NCBI RefSeq assembly: GCF_006345805.1
Contig: NW_021836344.1
Span: 1-24,619 of the forward strand
Reading direction: 5' to 3'
DNA length: 24,619 bases
Source: Octopus sinensis
Lineage: Eukaryota
The notes under the pieces were generated by a model. The model was not told the origin of the DNA. It ran no database searches and worked only from the letters and a program-made list of their open reading frames with translations. A program made the translations under genes and the position numbers. Below, piece after piece: positions 1 through 11,275 of this stretch (positions within the stretch are counted from its first letter, which is position 1; the number at the start of each line of letters is the position of its first letter).

Positions 1-2040
1 ACAGGGCGACAACCGTGGGAGGTATGCTGGTTTGAAGAAGGCCCTCGGTCCATCCGCAACCAAGTCAGCCTCTCTGAAATCAACTACTGGAGATCATCAG
101 GGATCAAGGCAAGCAAATGGATAGATGGGTGGAGCACTACCAGGATCTCTACTCACGGGAGACCACAGTGGTGAGGCTGCAGTCGAGAGTGTCAAGATCT
201 TGCCAGTCATGTGCGAACTTGACAGTCCGCCATCTATAGCAGAGCGCTCACCAAGGCTGTTGACTCCTAGCAAGAAATAAGGTCAGGAAAAGACGGCACC
301 CCTCGAGATCATCAAAGCCGGCAAAAACACCATCCTGCTTCGGCACCTTCATGAGCTTCTGTGTCAGTGCTGGGAAGAGGGTACAGTCCCTCAGGATATG
401 CGGGATGCCACATCATTACGCTCTACAAAAACAAAGGTGACCGTGGTGTGATTGTAACAATTACCGTGGTAATCCCTTCTAAGCACTGTTGGAAAGACCT
501 TTGCCGTGTTATCCTGGCAGGCTACAACTACTTGCTTCTCGAATCTATCCGGAATCGCAGTGTGGCTTTAGAAGAAGCAGATCAACTATCGATATTGATA
601 TTCTCCATACGCCAATTTCAGGAGAAGTCCAGAGAGCAGAAATGCCATTATATATGGTCTTCATTGATCTAACAAAGGTTTTGATATGGTAAGCAGAAAG
701 GGCCTCTTCCTCCTGCTCAAAAAAATCGGATGTTTACCAAAGCTGCTGAGGATCATCAAGTCTTTCCATGATGACATGCAAGGCACCATACAGCACAACG
801 GTTCAACATCAACCGCCTTCCAAATAAAAAACTGGGGTAAAGCAAGGCTTGTGTCCTCGCTCCTACATGTTTGGCATCTTCTTCTCACTCTTGCTGTCAC
901 ATGCCTTTCAGGCATCAGATGATGGAGTGTTTCTGCACAGTAGAAGTGACGGGAAACTGTTCAATCTCTCGCGCCTGCGTGCCAAGACCAAAATCAGAAA
1001 CGTTCTGATCAAGGAGATGGTTTGTTTGATGATGCCGCTCTGGTAAAACACACAGAAGAAGCCCCCAAAGGCTCATTAACTGTTTTGAGCAAGCATGTAA
1101 CGACTTTGGCTTAGCTATCAGCCTTAAGAGACCAACATCATGGCCAGGCTACATCGGACATCCCAAACATACATATTGGAGACCAAAGATTACAAGAGGT
1201 GGAGAAGTTTACCTATCTGGGCTCTACCGTCACCTACAACCTATCCCTTGACGCTGAGCTCAATAACGCATTGGCAAGGCAGCTGCTGCGATGGCCCAAC
1301 TCTCCAAACGGGCTTGGGACAACAATAAGCTGACAAGACCACAAAAACAAGATTTACCAGGCATGTGTACTTAGCACTCTACTGTATGGAAGCGAGACCT
1401 GGACGCTATACACACGCCAAGAGCGTCGCCTAAACATCTTTCACCTGCGCTGCCTCCGAAAAAATCCCAAATCAAATGGCAGAATCATATCCCCAACAGA
1501 TGTCCTCAGGAAGCAGGTACCAAGCATGTTTGCACTCCTCACACAAAGACGTATGAGATGGCTTGGGCATGTTAGCCGTATGAAAGATGGCAGAATCCAA
1601 GGACATACTCTACGGAGAGCTTGCTAGGGGTACTAGGTCTGTGGGTAGACCGATCTTGCGTTACAAGGATGTTTGCAAAAGGGATATGAGGAGGCCTGCA
1701 ACATCAACATTAGCGGTTGGGAGGCAGTCGCCGGCACACCGCTAGAGAATGGCGACGTACAGTAAAAGAGGGTATACAGGAGTGACAGAAAGAGAGAGGA
1801 GAAATGGAAAGAAAGGAAGAGAATAAATAAAGAGACCATGGCACTACAATCAGCCAGGAACAGTCTTCGCTACATTTGCAGTACCTGCCAGAGGGAGTGT
1901 TTGTCCAGGATAGGACTACACAGCCACAGCAACAAATGTAACAGGAAATAAAATATAACAGCCGGACTAGACCTAGAAAAAAAAAAAAAAAAAAAAAAAT
2001 GCGCAACTCCATTGTCTCCCGAGACAGAAAGGATGCCAAA
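1..2040 (+). mobile_element. RTE-clade (BovB/RTE-1-like) LINE, frameshifted ORF (RT to C-terminal Zn knuckle) plus 3' UTR; 5' end lies outside the window
   Basis: ORF fragments in shifting frames give RTE RT motifs: VPQDMRDA/ITLYKNKG, YPESQCGFRRSRSTID, FIDLTK, KIGCLPKLLRIIKSFH, FGIFFSLLLSHAF...RSDGKLFNLSRLRAKTK and FDDAA (~1025). C-terminus reads YICSTCQRECLSRIGLHSH, stop at 1949-1951. 3' hairpin TGTCTC-CC-GAGACA at ~2013-2026. Many frameshifts, so inactive. Confidence 0.93.
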
Positions 2041-2041
2041 A

Positions 2042-2439
2042 GTTGTAACTGGGCTTTATGTACCTTTGCATGTCGTTTAAGTCCTCCTGCCGAATTACAC
2101 TCTCTTCCACATGCCCGACAGATATGATTAGTATGGTGTGTTACACCACCACCAGTGGCCAGGTTGTCACTCATCTGTCTCGTTTTATGACTACGAAGAT
2201 GACTCTTGAGTCCGCTTTACTGAGGCAGGGTCTTGCAAAGACATTGCATGTCAGCATCATAGGAAGACCCTTCCCTTCTGGAAGTGTAACAGCGATGCCC
2301 TTCCTGACATCCCTCCTTACTTTCTCATGTGCAACTCGAGATTTCTCAAAAGTTGCTGTCCCCTCATGCACAATCTTTCTCCACCTGCCACGATCAATAG
2401 CTATGCCCTCCCATGTGTCAGGAGAGATGCAAGCATCTC

Positions 2440-2440
<1 letters not shown>
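2042..2440 (-). mobile_element. Second RTE-like LINE, 5'-truncated C-terminal fragment with tandem Cys/His knuckles
   Basis: Minus ORFs 2171..2473 (ISPDTWEGIAIDRGRWRKIVHEG...LTCNVFARPCLSKA) and start of 1710..2174 (ICRACGRECNSAGGLKRHAKVH) match the C-terminal WE..A.DR..WR..V..G and CxxC..H motifs of RTE ORFs. Confidence 0.8.
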
Positions 2441-2470
<30 letters not shown>

Positions 2471-2481
2471 CATACATACAT
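2441..2481. repeat. (TACA)n microsatellite
   Basis: Read directly. Confidence 0.97.
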
Positions 2482-2580
2482 AAAAACTTGACCCCTCCGG
2501 GGGTACAAGTCTGGGCGGAAAGTCGCCTCAACGGCGAACGTACAACCTAGGGTTGTTTTTATGGAGGACCAGCAGTCGCC

Positions 2581-2637
2581 CTATAGTGGAGTACACTTGT
2601 CCAAGGTGCCATGCAGTGGGATTGAACCCAGAACCAC
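2581..2637 (-). mobile_element. SINE-A head fragment (B-box region), inverted relative to the adjacent SINE-A 3' half
   Basis: Reverse complement GTGGTTCTGGGTTCAATCCCACTGCATGGCACCTTGGACAAGTGTACTCCACTATAG aligns with the SINE-A head seen at 7453 and 16543. Confidence 0.7.
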
Positions 2638-2685
2638 TTGACAACCGCGGCTGGTTTGTTTATATCAGGGTTTCTCAACCATTTG

Positions 2686-2827
2686 AGAAATAAACTGCCT
2701 GCGTCAGTTGTTGACCGCCATGAAACTGCATCCTTTAAGGCCCTCATGCTTTCCGAAATCCGCCGAAACTACACCTGATTATATATACACTTTAGATGAG
2801 TTGTAGTGCACCTGAGCACTGTACACA

Positions 2828-2897
<70 letters not shown>
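2686..2897 (+). mobile_element. CR1-group LINE 3' end with (ATT)n tail
   Basis: 2689-2778 translates NKLPASVVDRHETASFKALMLSEIRRNYT*, matching the (W)NxLPxxVV...SFK terminal motif; short 3' UTR, then (ATT)n at 2828-2897. A related 3' UTR (GTTGTGGTGCACCTGAGTACTGTA + ATT tail) follows at 2898-3018. Confidence 0.7.
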
Positions 2898-2898
<1 letters not shown>

Positions 2899-3130
2899 CT
2901 TTCCAGACATTTGTACATTACTGCATATGCTTTATACGCACTTTTGACAAGTTGTGGTGCACCTGAGTACTGTATGCAATAATTTCATTACTATTATTTT
3001 TTATTTTGTTTTATTATTATCTATGGACCCTGTTAAATTATTGTCTTGTTCTGGTGGACCCCTGTAGATATTCGATCCGTGTTTTTTTTTCACACATTAA
3101 CTTGTGTAGGTTGAATTATGTAAAATATAG

Positions 3131-3531
3131 GGTGGTGAGGAGCTGGCAGAAACGTTAGCAGCCGGGCGAAATGCTTAGCGGTATTTCATCTGTCTTCGTG
3201 TTCTGAGTTCAAATTCCGCCGAGGTCGACTTTGCCTTTCATCCCTTCGAGGTCGATTAAATAAATACCAGTTACGCACTGGGGTCGATGTAATCGACTTA
3301 ATCCGTTTGTCTGTCCTTGTTTGTCCTCTCTGTGTTTAGTCCCTTGTGGGTAGTAAAGAAATAGGTATTTCGTCTGTATTTACGTTCTGAGTTCAAATTC
3401 CGCCAAGGTCGACTTTGCCTTTCATCCCTTCAGGGTCGATAAACTAAGCTCTAGTTGCGTACAGAGGTCGATCTAATTGACTGGCCTCCTCCCCAATATT
3501 TTGGGCTTTGTGCCTAAAGTAGAAAAGAATT
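3131..3531 (+). mobile_element. tRNA-derived SINE-B, dimer (head unit plus one head-less unit)
   Basis: A-box-like TGGCAGAAACGTTAG, B-box GAGTTCAAATTCC, core GTCGACTTTGCCTTTCATCC..GGGTCGAT. Second unit starts GTATTTCGTC at 3365, 184 bp after 3181, and ends in a different tail. Confidence 0.9.
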
Positions 3532-3673
3532 ACGTAAAATGCCACAGGAAGAAACCCCTTTGTTGCGGTACATACCAATACGTACATATAAAGCGATATA
3601 TTTTCAGGGACCGTTAACCTACTATTAGGGATCCCGAGTTTACTATTTTGTTACGTGAACCCCACGAAATATC

Positions 3674-4083
3674 GGCAGTGTGGTAAGTAGCTTCTTTACG
3701 AATCACAAGTTTCCGGGTTCAGTTCCACTGCGTGACACCTTGGTTAAGTGTCTTCTGCTATAGCCGACCAAAGCCTTGTGAGTTGATTCGATAGACGGAA
3801 ACTGAAAGAAGCCCGTCGTATATATGTATACATATATGTGAATGTGTGTGTGTGTGTGTGTGTGTGTGTTTGTGTGTCTGTGTTTGTCCCCCCCCAACAT
3901 CGCTTGACAACCGATGCTGGTGTGTTTACGTCCCCGTAACTTAGCGGTTCGGCGAGAGACCGATAGAATAAGTACGAAGCTTACAAAGAATAAGTCCTGG
4001 GGGTCGATTTGCTCGACTAAAGGCGGTGCTCCAGCATGGCCGCAGTCAAATGACTGAAACAAGTAAAAGAGTAAAAGAGAGTA
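3674..4083 (+). mobile_element. tRNA-derived SINE-A, near full length, with internal (TA)/(TG) microsatellite
   Basis: GTGTGGTAAGTAG head, B-box GGTTCAGTTCC, body GAAACTGAAAGAAGCCCGTCG-(TA/TG)n-TTGACAACCGATGCTGG, tail GCTCCAGCATGGCCGCAGTCAAATGACTGAAACAAG(TAAAAGAG)n. Confidence 0.92.
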
Positions 4084-4259
4084 TATAAGGGGCGTAGCTA
4101 TCATGGGGCAAGCAGGGCACATGAACTGGGCGCCTCTTTGAAGCGGGCGCAATATTGGCCAAGAGCATTTTCTAATTAAGCCATTTCCATGCGTTTCTGC
4201 TTTTTGGTTGTGGTTGTGGTGGTGGTGGTGGGGTGGGGTGGGGTGGTTGAGATCCACCG

Positions 4260-4435
4260 GTTCCCATCCTTGTAACATAGCACTTCGGAGAAAAAAAAAT
4301 ACCCATAGAATATATAAGCAATAAGTATTGGGTACCATTTGTTTGACTAAAACACTTGCAGGCTGTGCTCCAGCATGGTCGTAATCCAGTGACTGAAACA
4401 AACGAAAGAATAAAAGAATAAAAGTAAAAGAAGAA
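4260..4435 (+). mobile_element. Old, diverged SINE-A 3' half (continuation of 2637-2665)
   Basis: GTAACATAGCACTTCGG...ATAGAATA...GTGCTCCAGCATGG..TGACTGAAACAA(AAAGAAT)n aligns with the SINE-A 3' half. Confidence 0.65.
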
Positions 4436-4753
4436 TATTTTCAACTGCAAATTAAACGAAACTGATTATTTGAAAATCGAAGTAAGGAAGATAACTCCTG
4501 ATATATAAAAAAGAGAATTGTCTTCTCTTGTTATTCAGCTTTGAAGCAGACGTTCGCTGGTTTTTACTTGTCATTCTGGAATAACGGTTTGTTTAATAAG
4601 TTAAATGATTCACGAATTTATGTTGTACGGTGTTTGATATGTCTGTATTTGTCTATGTTGTTCAGATGAATGCAATGGCCACCCAGAGCTATTTCTCTTA
4701 GTTCATTTATGCATTTTTGCACACACACTTCTCTCTCGCTTCCATCTCTTCCT

Positions 4754-4755
<2 letters not shown>

Positions 4756-4784
<29 letters not shown>

Positions 4785-4835
4785 ATATATATACATGTAT
4801 ATATATTATATATATATATATATAATATATATATA

Positions 4836-4912
<77 letters not shown>
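4756..4912. repeat. Compound microsatellite (TCTG)n-(TC)n-(TA)n-(TG)n
   Basis: Read directly. Confidence 0.97.
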
Positions 4913-4913
<1 letters not shown>

Positions 4914-4916
<3 letters not shown>

Positions 4917-5320
4917 CTCTTACTCTTTTACTTGTTTCAGTCATTTGACTGTGGCCATGCTGGAGCACCGCCTTTAATCGAGCAACTCGACCCCGGGACT
5001 TATTCTTTTGTAAGCCCAGTACTTATTCTATCGGTCTCTTTTGCCGAACCGCTAAGTAACGGGGACATAAACAAACCAGCATCGGTTGTCAAACAATGCT
5101 AGGAGGACAAACACAGACACACAAACACACACACATATATATATACATATACATATATACGATGGGATTCTTTTCAGTTTCCGTCTACCAAATCCACTCA
5201 CAAGGCTTTGGTTGGCCCGAGGCTATAGTAGAAGACACTTGCCCAAGGTGCCACGCAGTGGGACTGAACCCGGAACCATGTGGTCGGTTAGCAAGGTACT
5301 TACCACACAGCCACTCCTGC
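4914..5320 (-). mobile_element. SINE-A, full length
   Basis: Reverse complement of the same head, body and tail as 3674-4083; head GCAGGAGTGGCTGTGTGG ends at 5320. Confidence 0.93.
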
Positions 5321-5602
5321 ATATATATTTTAAAGTAATAAGGTTAATGTCTGGTCAAAGAGTGACCAAAAGTTTTGCATCCACGAAGGCTGTAGCTTCG
5401 CAGTTGGCTCATCAGATCGTAGTCCAAAGACGAATTTAATTCTTCACATGTGCGGGGAAGAAAGCTGTTACGATCATTGGTCACTTGGTCATCACAGAAT
5501 AAAATGTCTGGCGTTGGCAAGCACGGGTTATCTCCCCTAGACCAGCTAGTTATGGACTTGGAGAGAGGGAATAAGGGATCTATACCTTATCTATATCTTG
5601 AA

Positions 5603-6158
5603 GGCGATGAGCTGGCAGAAACGTTAGCACGCCGGGCGAAATGCTTAGCGGTATTTTGTCTGTCTTCGTGTTCAGAGTTCAAATTCCGCCGAGGTCGACT
5701 TTGCCTTTCATCCTTTCGGGGCCGATTAAATAAGTACCAGTTACGCACTGGGGTCGATATAATCTGTCCTTGTTTGTCCTCTCTGTGTTTAGCCCCTTGT
5801 GGGTAGTAAAGAAATAGGTATTTCGTCTGCCGTTACGTTCTGAGTTCAAATTCCGCCGAGGTCGACTTTGCCTTTCGTCCTCTTGGGGTCGATTAAATAA
5901 GTACCAGTTACGCACTGGGGTCGATATAATCTGTCCTTGTTTGTCCTCTCTGTGTTTAGCCCCTTGTGGGTAGAAAAGAAATAGGTATTTCGTCTGCCGT
6001 TACGTTCTGGGTTCAAATTCAGCCGAGGTCTACTTTGCCTTTCATCCTTTCGGGGTCGATTAAATAAGTACCAGTTATGCACTGGGGTCGATATAATCGA
6101 CTTAATCCTTTTGTTTGTCCCCTCAGTGTGTAGCGCCTTGTGGGTAGTAAAGAAATAA
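5603..6158 (+). mobile_element. SINE-B trimer (head unit plus two head-less units)
   Basis: GTATTT unit starts at 5651, 5818 and 5985 (167-bp period; units 1 and 2 share a 17-bp deletion). Confidence 0.92.
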
Positions 6159-6419
6159 GGGATCTATTGCCTTGGATTGATATTGGAACGTATATATATA
6201 TATATATATATACGATCCAATATGTATATATATATATGGGGGGTGGGGTGGAAGAGAGAGAGAAGCAGGCAGGCAGAGACAGAAGCACAGAGAAAGTGAA
6301 AGAAAAGCTTCTACGGAGTGAGAAGCTGAGTAAGTGCGGAGAACAAAGCGAACAGACAAGAGGAAGAGCAGAAAGTTGAGAAGATGAAAATGATGAAGAG
6401 ATTTTAACATGAAAGTGAG

Positions 6420-6424
6420 TGAGT

Positions 6425-6462
<38 letters not shown>

Positions 6463-6531
6463 GAGGAGAGAGAGAGGGAGAGAGAGAGAGAGAGAGAGAG
6501 AGATGGATGGATGGATGGATGGATGGATGGA
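6420..6531. repeat. (GA)n followed by (GATG)n microsatellites
   Basis: Read directly. Confidence 0.96.
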
Positions 6532-6677
6532 GGGATCACCGACAAAGACGGTGAATCTAGGATAACACCACCAAACGAAATAAAAAAATTAAATATGTCA
6601 AGATATAACTTTTTTGTAATTTATGTGTAGATGTATATATACAGAAGTACATGTAATATGTACACATATATACATGC

Positions 6678-6718
6678 ACTAGCACTATGACCCGGCAACG
6701 ACGGGTCATAATGCTAGT
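6678..6718. mobile_element. 41-bp palindromic mini-element resembling a doubled Helitron 3' terminus
   Basis: ACTAGCACTATGACCCG-GCAACGA-CGGGTCATAATGCTAGT: 17-bp arms with one mismatch. Right half aligns with the Helitron end at 17529-17557. Confidence 0.6.
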
Positions 6719-6867
6719 ATATATATATATATTATATATATATGTATATATACAAGTAGATGTAGGTACGTACATATATGTATGTATGCATATATTTTAT
6801 TTATTACACTATTGTATGACTGAGCGCCCTCGCGTCGATTCGATTCGTTTCGTTTCCTCCAAGTAAG

Positions 6868-6975
6868 TTTATATATATATATGTATATATATGTATATAT
6901 ATGTATATACATATATAATATATATATATATATATATAATATATATATATATTATATATTATATATATATGTATA

Positions 6976-7016
<41 letters not shown>

Positions 7017-7215
7017 ATATGTTCCTATTTAATATTGTGTATACACACACACACACATACACACACATATATATATATAAATAATTCATATACAAAGACT
7101 AAGCGAGGTGTCTGGGTGTAACTACTGACGCTGTCATATCAAGCATATTTCTAAATATCATATCGGTAATTAATAGTAGCAATTATAATTATATGTAACA
7201 AGCGAAACCCGTGGA

Positions 7216-7299
<84 letters not shown>

Positions 7300-7315
7300 A
7301 CACACACACACACAC
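6868..7315. repeat. (TA)n/(TATG) tract (6868-7080) and (CA)n tract (7219-7315)
   Basis: Read directly; unique sequence lies between the two tracts. Confidence 0.95.
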
Positions 7316-7452
7316 GGTCTACGTTATTACGTAAACTAGCAAACATGCCGACCGGATTGTCGTGTTTCTCTTTGTACGTAAAACGATACGTAATCCGAAT
7401 ATAAGCAGACATTCGTGGGTTATTCTCAACCGAAGAACAAAAGAATTGTACT

Positions 7453-8801
<1,349 letters not shown>

Positions 8802-8989
8802 TCCTTGAATGACCCAAGCAAATAAGAATAGAGTCACCATTCTTTGTATTAGCTTGTACAGCGCTGGTTTCAACTAGTCTATCGTCTGGGGTTTATACAG
8901 AGCATTCACAGAGGCTGTGCGCAGAAAGCGTATACTGAAAATGTATACTAATAAGGAGAGTACAGGAGGCGGTCGAAAAAGCCAGCTTC

Positions 8990-9680
8990 TATATATGGCT
9001 GAAGCGGGAAGACCGAAAATGGCTTGAAAGCCATAAACACGCCGACGGGAAATAACGTCATTAGGTGAGACAAACTGACTGACAGGTGACGGTCGTTTCG
9101 AAAAAGCACGGGCTAAAACTACGCGCCTTCACTAGTCAGTTAAGGTGAGACAGTGTCACGTGACAACTTGCTGGGACTGCCTGTCAGGTGATGGTCGTTT
9201 AGAAAAACGCGGGCTAAAACTACGCGCCTTCACTAGTCAGTTAAGGCGAGACAGTGTCACGTGACAACTTGCCGGGACTGCCTGTCAGGTGATGGTCGTT
9301 TAGAAAAACGCGGGCTAAAACTACGCGCCTTCACCAGTCACGTGACAACTTGCTGGGGCTGCCTGCTGGAGCCTCGCGGCAGGTATTTAAAGGGAAGGAT
9401 TTGACAAGTCAGTCAGTCACCGGCTGACACTCGCTGACGATACATCGAAGAGGCCAGGGAACAGAAGAAAGAAGGAAGAAGATATGCACCCAACACCAGA
9501 GCTGAAGACACCTCCGAAAGGGGGGGGCCGCCACGTCAAAACGGTAGAGGAGTAGGGGCCGAAACCGGACGTGGTTCCTCCGGATGATGTCTTGAGCTAA
9601 CTGGATCCTATAAAGGAGCTGTTGTGGTAGCAGACCACGAAACACGGTTGTAATTCCTACTGTTAAGGTCGTAAACAGAG
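8990..9680 (+). mobile_element. GC-richer LTR-like or unclassified element; boundaries not resolved
   Basis: Higher GC/CpG than flanks, internal 101-bp tandem repeats, then GGTATTTAAAGGG (TATA-like, ~9382) and AGTCAGTCAGTC. No convincing TG...CA ends or TSD found. Confidence 0.35.
9083..9365 (+). repeat. ~101-bp tandem repeat, ~2.7 copies
   Basis: CAGGTGA(C/T)GGTCGTTT starts at 9083, 9185 and 9286; third copy internally deleted; each copy carries GTCACGTGAC. Confidence 0.95.
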
Positions 9681-9754
9681 CATACGGGATGCATTCAAGA
9701 AGTTTTGAGACTTTCTTGTATTTTTAGGCGAAGCAGTTATAACTGTCCAGGATT

Positions 9755-9926
9755 ACTCTTTTTCTCTCTTTTACTCTTTTACATGTTTCAGTCGTATTTG
9801 ACTGTGGCAATGCTGGAGCACTGCCTTTTGGTCGAGCAAATCGACCCCAGGACTTATTCTTTGTAAGCATAGTACTTATTCTATCGGTCTCTGTTGCCGA
9901 ACCGCTAAGTTACGGAGACGTAAACA
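9755..9926 (-). mobile_element. SINE-A 3' fragment (5'-truncated)
   Basis: Reverse complement of the SINE-A 3' half and (TAAAAGAG)n tail. Confidence 0.88.
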
Positions 9927-10181
9927 AAAAATTAGAAAATACTTTCAGATGTTTATCATGGACAGCAGAAAGGAGGTATTTACATCTTTTATCAAAATAT
10001 GCTACCGATTTCAATCGCTTGAAAAGACGATTTAGTCATGCTCAAATAAAAGAGGAAAATTAGCTGAAATAAATTAAATTAAATCAATCTTTCAAGACAA
10101 TAGCTCCGGAAGTTCACACGAATTTCTTACAACAATTCACATAATGCTGGAATTTCGCTTCCTTATAATTGTAGCACTAAA

Positions 10182-10261
10182 TATGTATGTGTATATGTAT
10201 GTGTGTATGTATGTATGTATGTATGTATGTATGTATGTATGTATGTATGTATGTATGTATT
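10182..10261. repeat. (TATG)n microsatellite
   Basis: Read directly. Confidence 0.97.
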
Positions 10262-10741
10262 TACAAATGCTTTTTAGAGTACACATTTGTTTTTTATTAG
10301 TGGGAGGGACATAGGCAATTAATTCCAACCCTCAGTACTTTGTAAATACAAATAATTTGAACGACTTCTTGGGGTCACGCATTATTATTATTTAAAGACT
10401 CGTAGTTCCGCTGACATATTAAGTGTTTGTTTCCGCTTTGCTTCACCTTGAGCTTATAAGCCCACACACATATATAGTGTGTGTGTGAGAGAGACAGAGA
10501 CAGACAGACAGAAGTATTAAACAAAAAGAAGTCGGTCAATTACAATTAAAAATATATGAAAGGAAAAAATAATGCTTTTTCGAAATATTCTTAACTTATT
10601 TCACGCTTCGCAAGATTCACCATAATTCTGTCATGACGGAAAGGTCTATCACCCATTGTTCTAATCACGCCGTTGTTTTGGCATTTGCTAATTTAAGCGT
10701 CTACACATATAATTATTTTGTAAAATATATTATTATTATTA

Positions 10742-10781
<40 letters not shown>

Positions 10782-10783
<2 letters not shown>

Positions 10784-11222
10784 AATTTTTTCAAATTTTC
10801 TTCCGTTTCTCGCCGAGTGTTTTCCATACACCTAGGGCAGAGAAGGGCATTGTATGCATTCCCAGATTACACGCGCAAATTCACAGATAAAATATGTATT
10901 TAAAATAATAATAAATAATAAATCATAGATGGATGTTATTTTCACAGCGATAATGCTCTTCTCAGTAATGGCCGTTCCAGTAACACGTCGTTTTGCACTT
11001 CCTGTAGGGATGGTGAGCCTGGAATCATTTTCAAATAGGTTTCAGTACCTTTTTTTATCATTCCCAGAGATCCTACAATCACTGGTACTGTAGTCGCCTT
11101 GAGATGCCACATTTTTTCAATTTCTATTAGCAGGGCTTTATATTTACTAATCTTGTCAAATTCTTTCGCCGCTATATTGTGATCACAGAGAATACTCATG
11201 TCAATTAATAAACAAGTCCATT
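10782..11222 (-). mobile_element. R4/Dong-type non-LTR retrotransposon, 5'-truncated: restriction-like endonuclease C-terminus plus 3' UTR, flanked by (TAA)n on both sides
   Basis: ORF 10942..11241: LIDMSILCDHNIAAKEFDKISKYKALLIEIEKMW...VPVIVGSLGMI...LQEVQ...LLRRAL matches the RLE signature IDxxxPxDxNxxxKExEKxxKY...VPxxxGxLG. (ATT)n at 10729-10781 and 11223-11275. Confidence 0.85.
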
Positions 11223-11275
11223 TTATTATTATTATTATCATTATTATTATTGTTGTTATTATTATTATTATTATT

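Larger units (their letters stand above)
2666..4259 (+). mobile_element. Putative non-autonomous hAT (Charlie-like) DNA element carrying nested insertions
   Basis: Left end CAGGGTTTCTCAACC (2666-2680); right end GGTTGAGATCCACCG (4245-4259), an imperfect TIR; internal ATGGACCC/GTGGACCCC motifs (3022-3063); degenerate 8-bp TSD GTTTATAT / GTTCCCAT. Removing it rejoins an old SINE-A 3' half (2637-2665 + 4260-4435). Confidence 0.55.

Noticed and set aside
4088-4150. AGGGGCGTAGCTA as a MITE TIR; also G-rich runs at 4228-4247 and 13606-13630 as G-quadruplexes
   Set aside because: No matching second TIR was found, and the G-runs are simple repeats with no functional evidence.
5086-5439. Recurrent peptides such as SFRLPNPLTR...GTEPGTMWLVSKLLTTQPLL and GLNPEPCGWLASYLPHSHSC
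   Set aside because: They are antisense translations of SINE-A; recurrence reflects repeat copies, not a gene family.
5340-5600. Minus-strand NSFLPRTCEELNSSL as an L2/CR1-type ORF end
   Set aside because: Only a short resemblance to SFFPRT..WNSLP; too weak to call without a search.
9500-9575. CTGAAGA...CGAAACCGGAC as a hammerhead
   Set aside because: Positions 10.1/11.1 do not pair, there is no UH after stem III (GAC), and stem I is not complementary.
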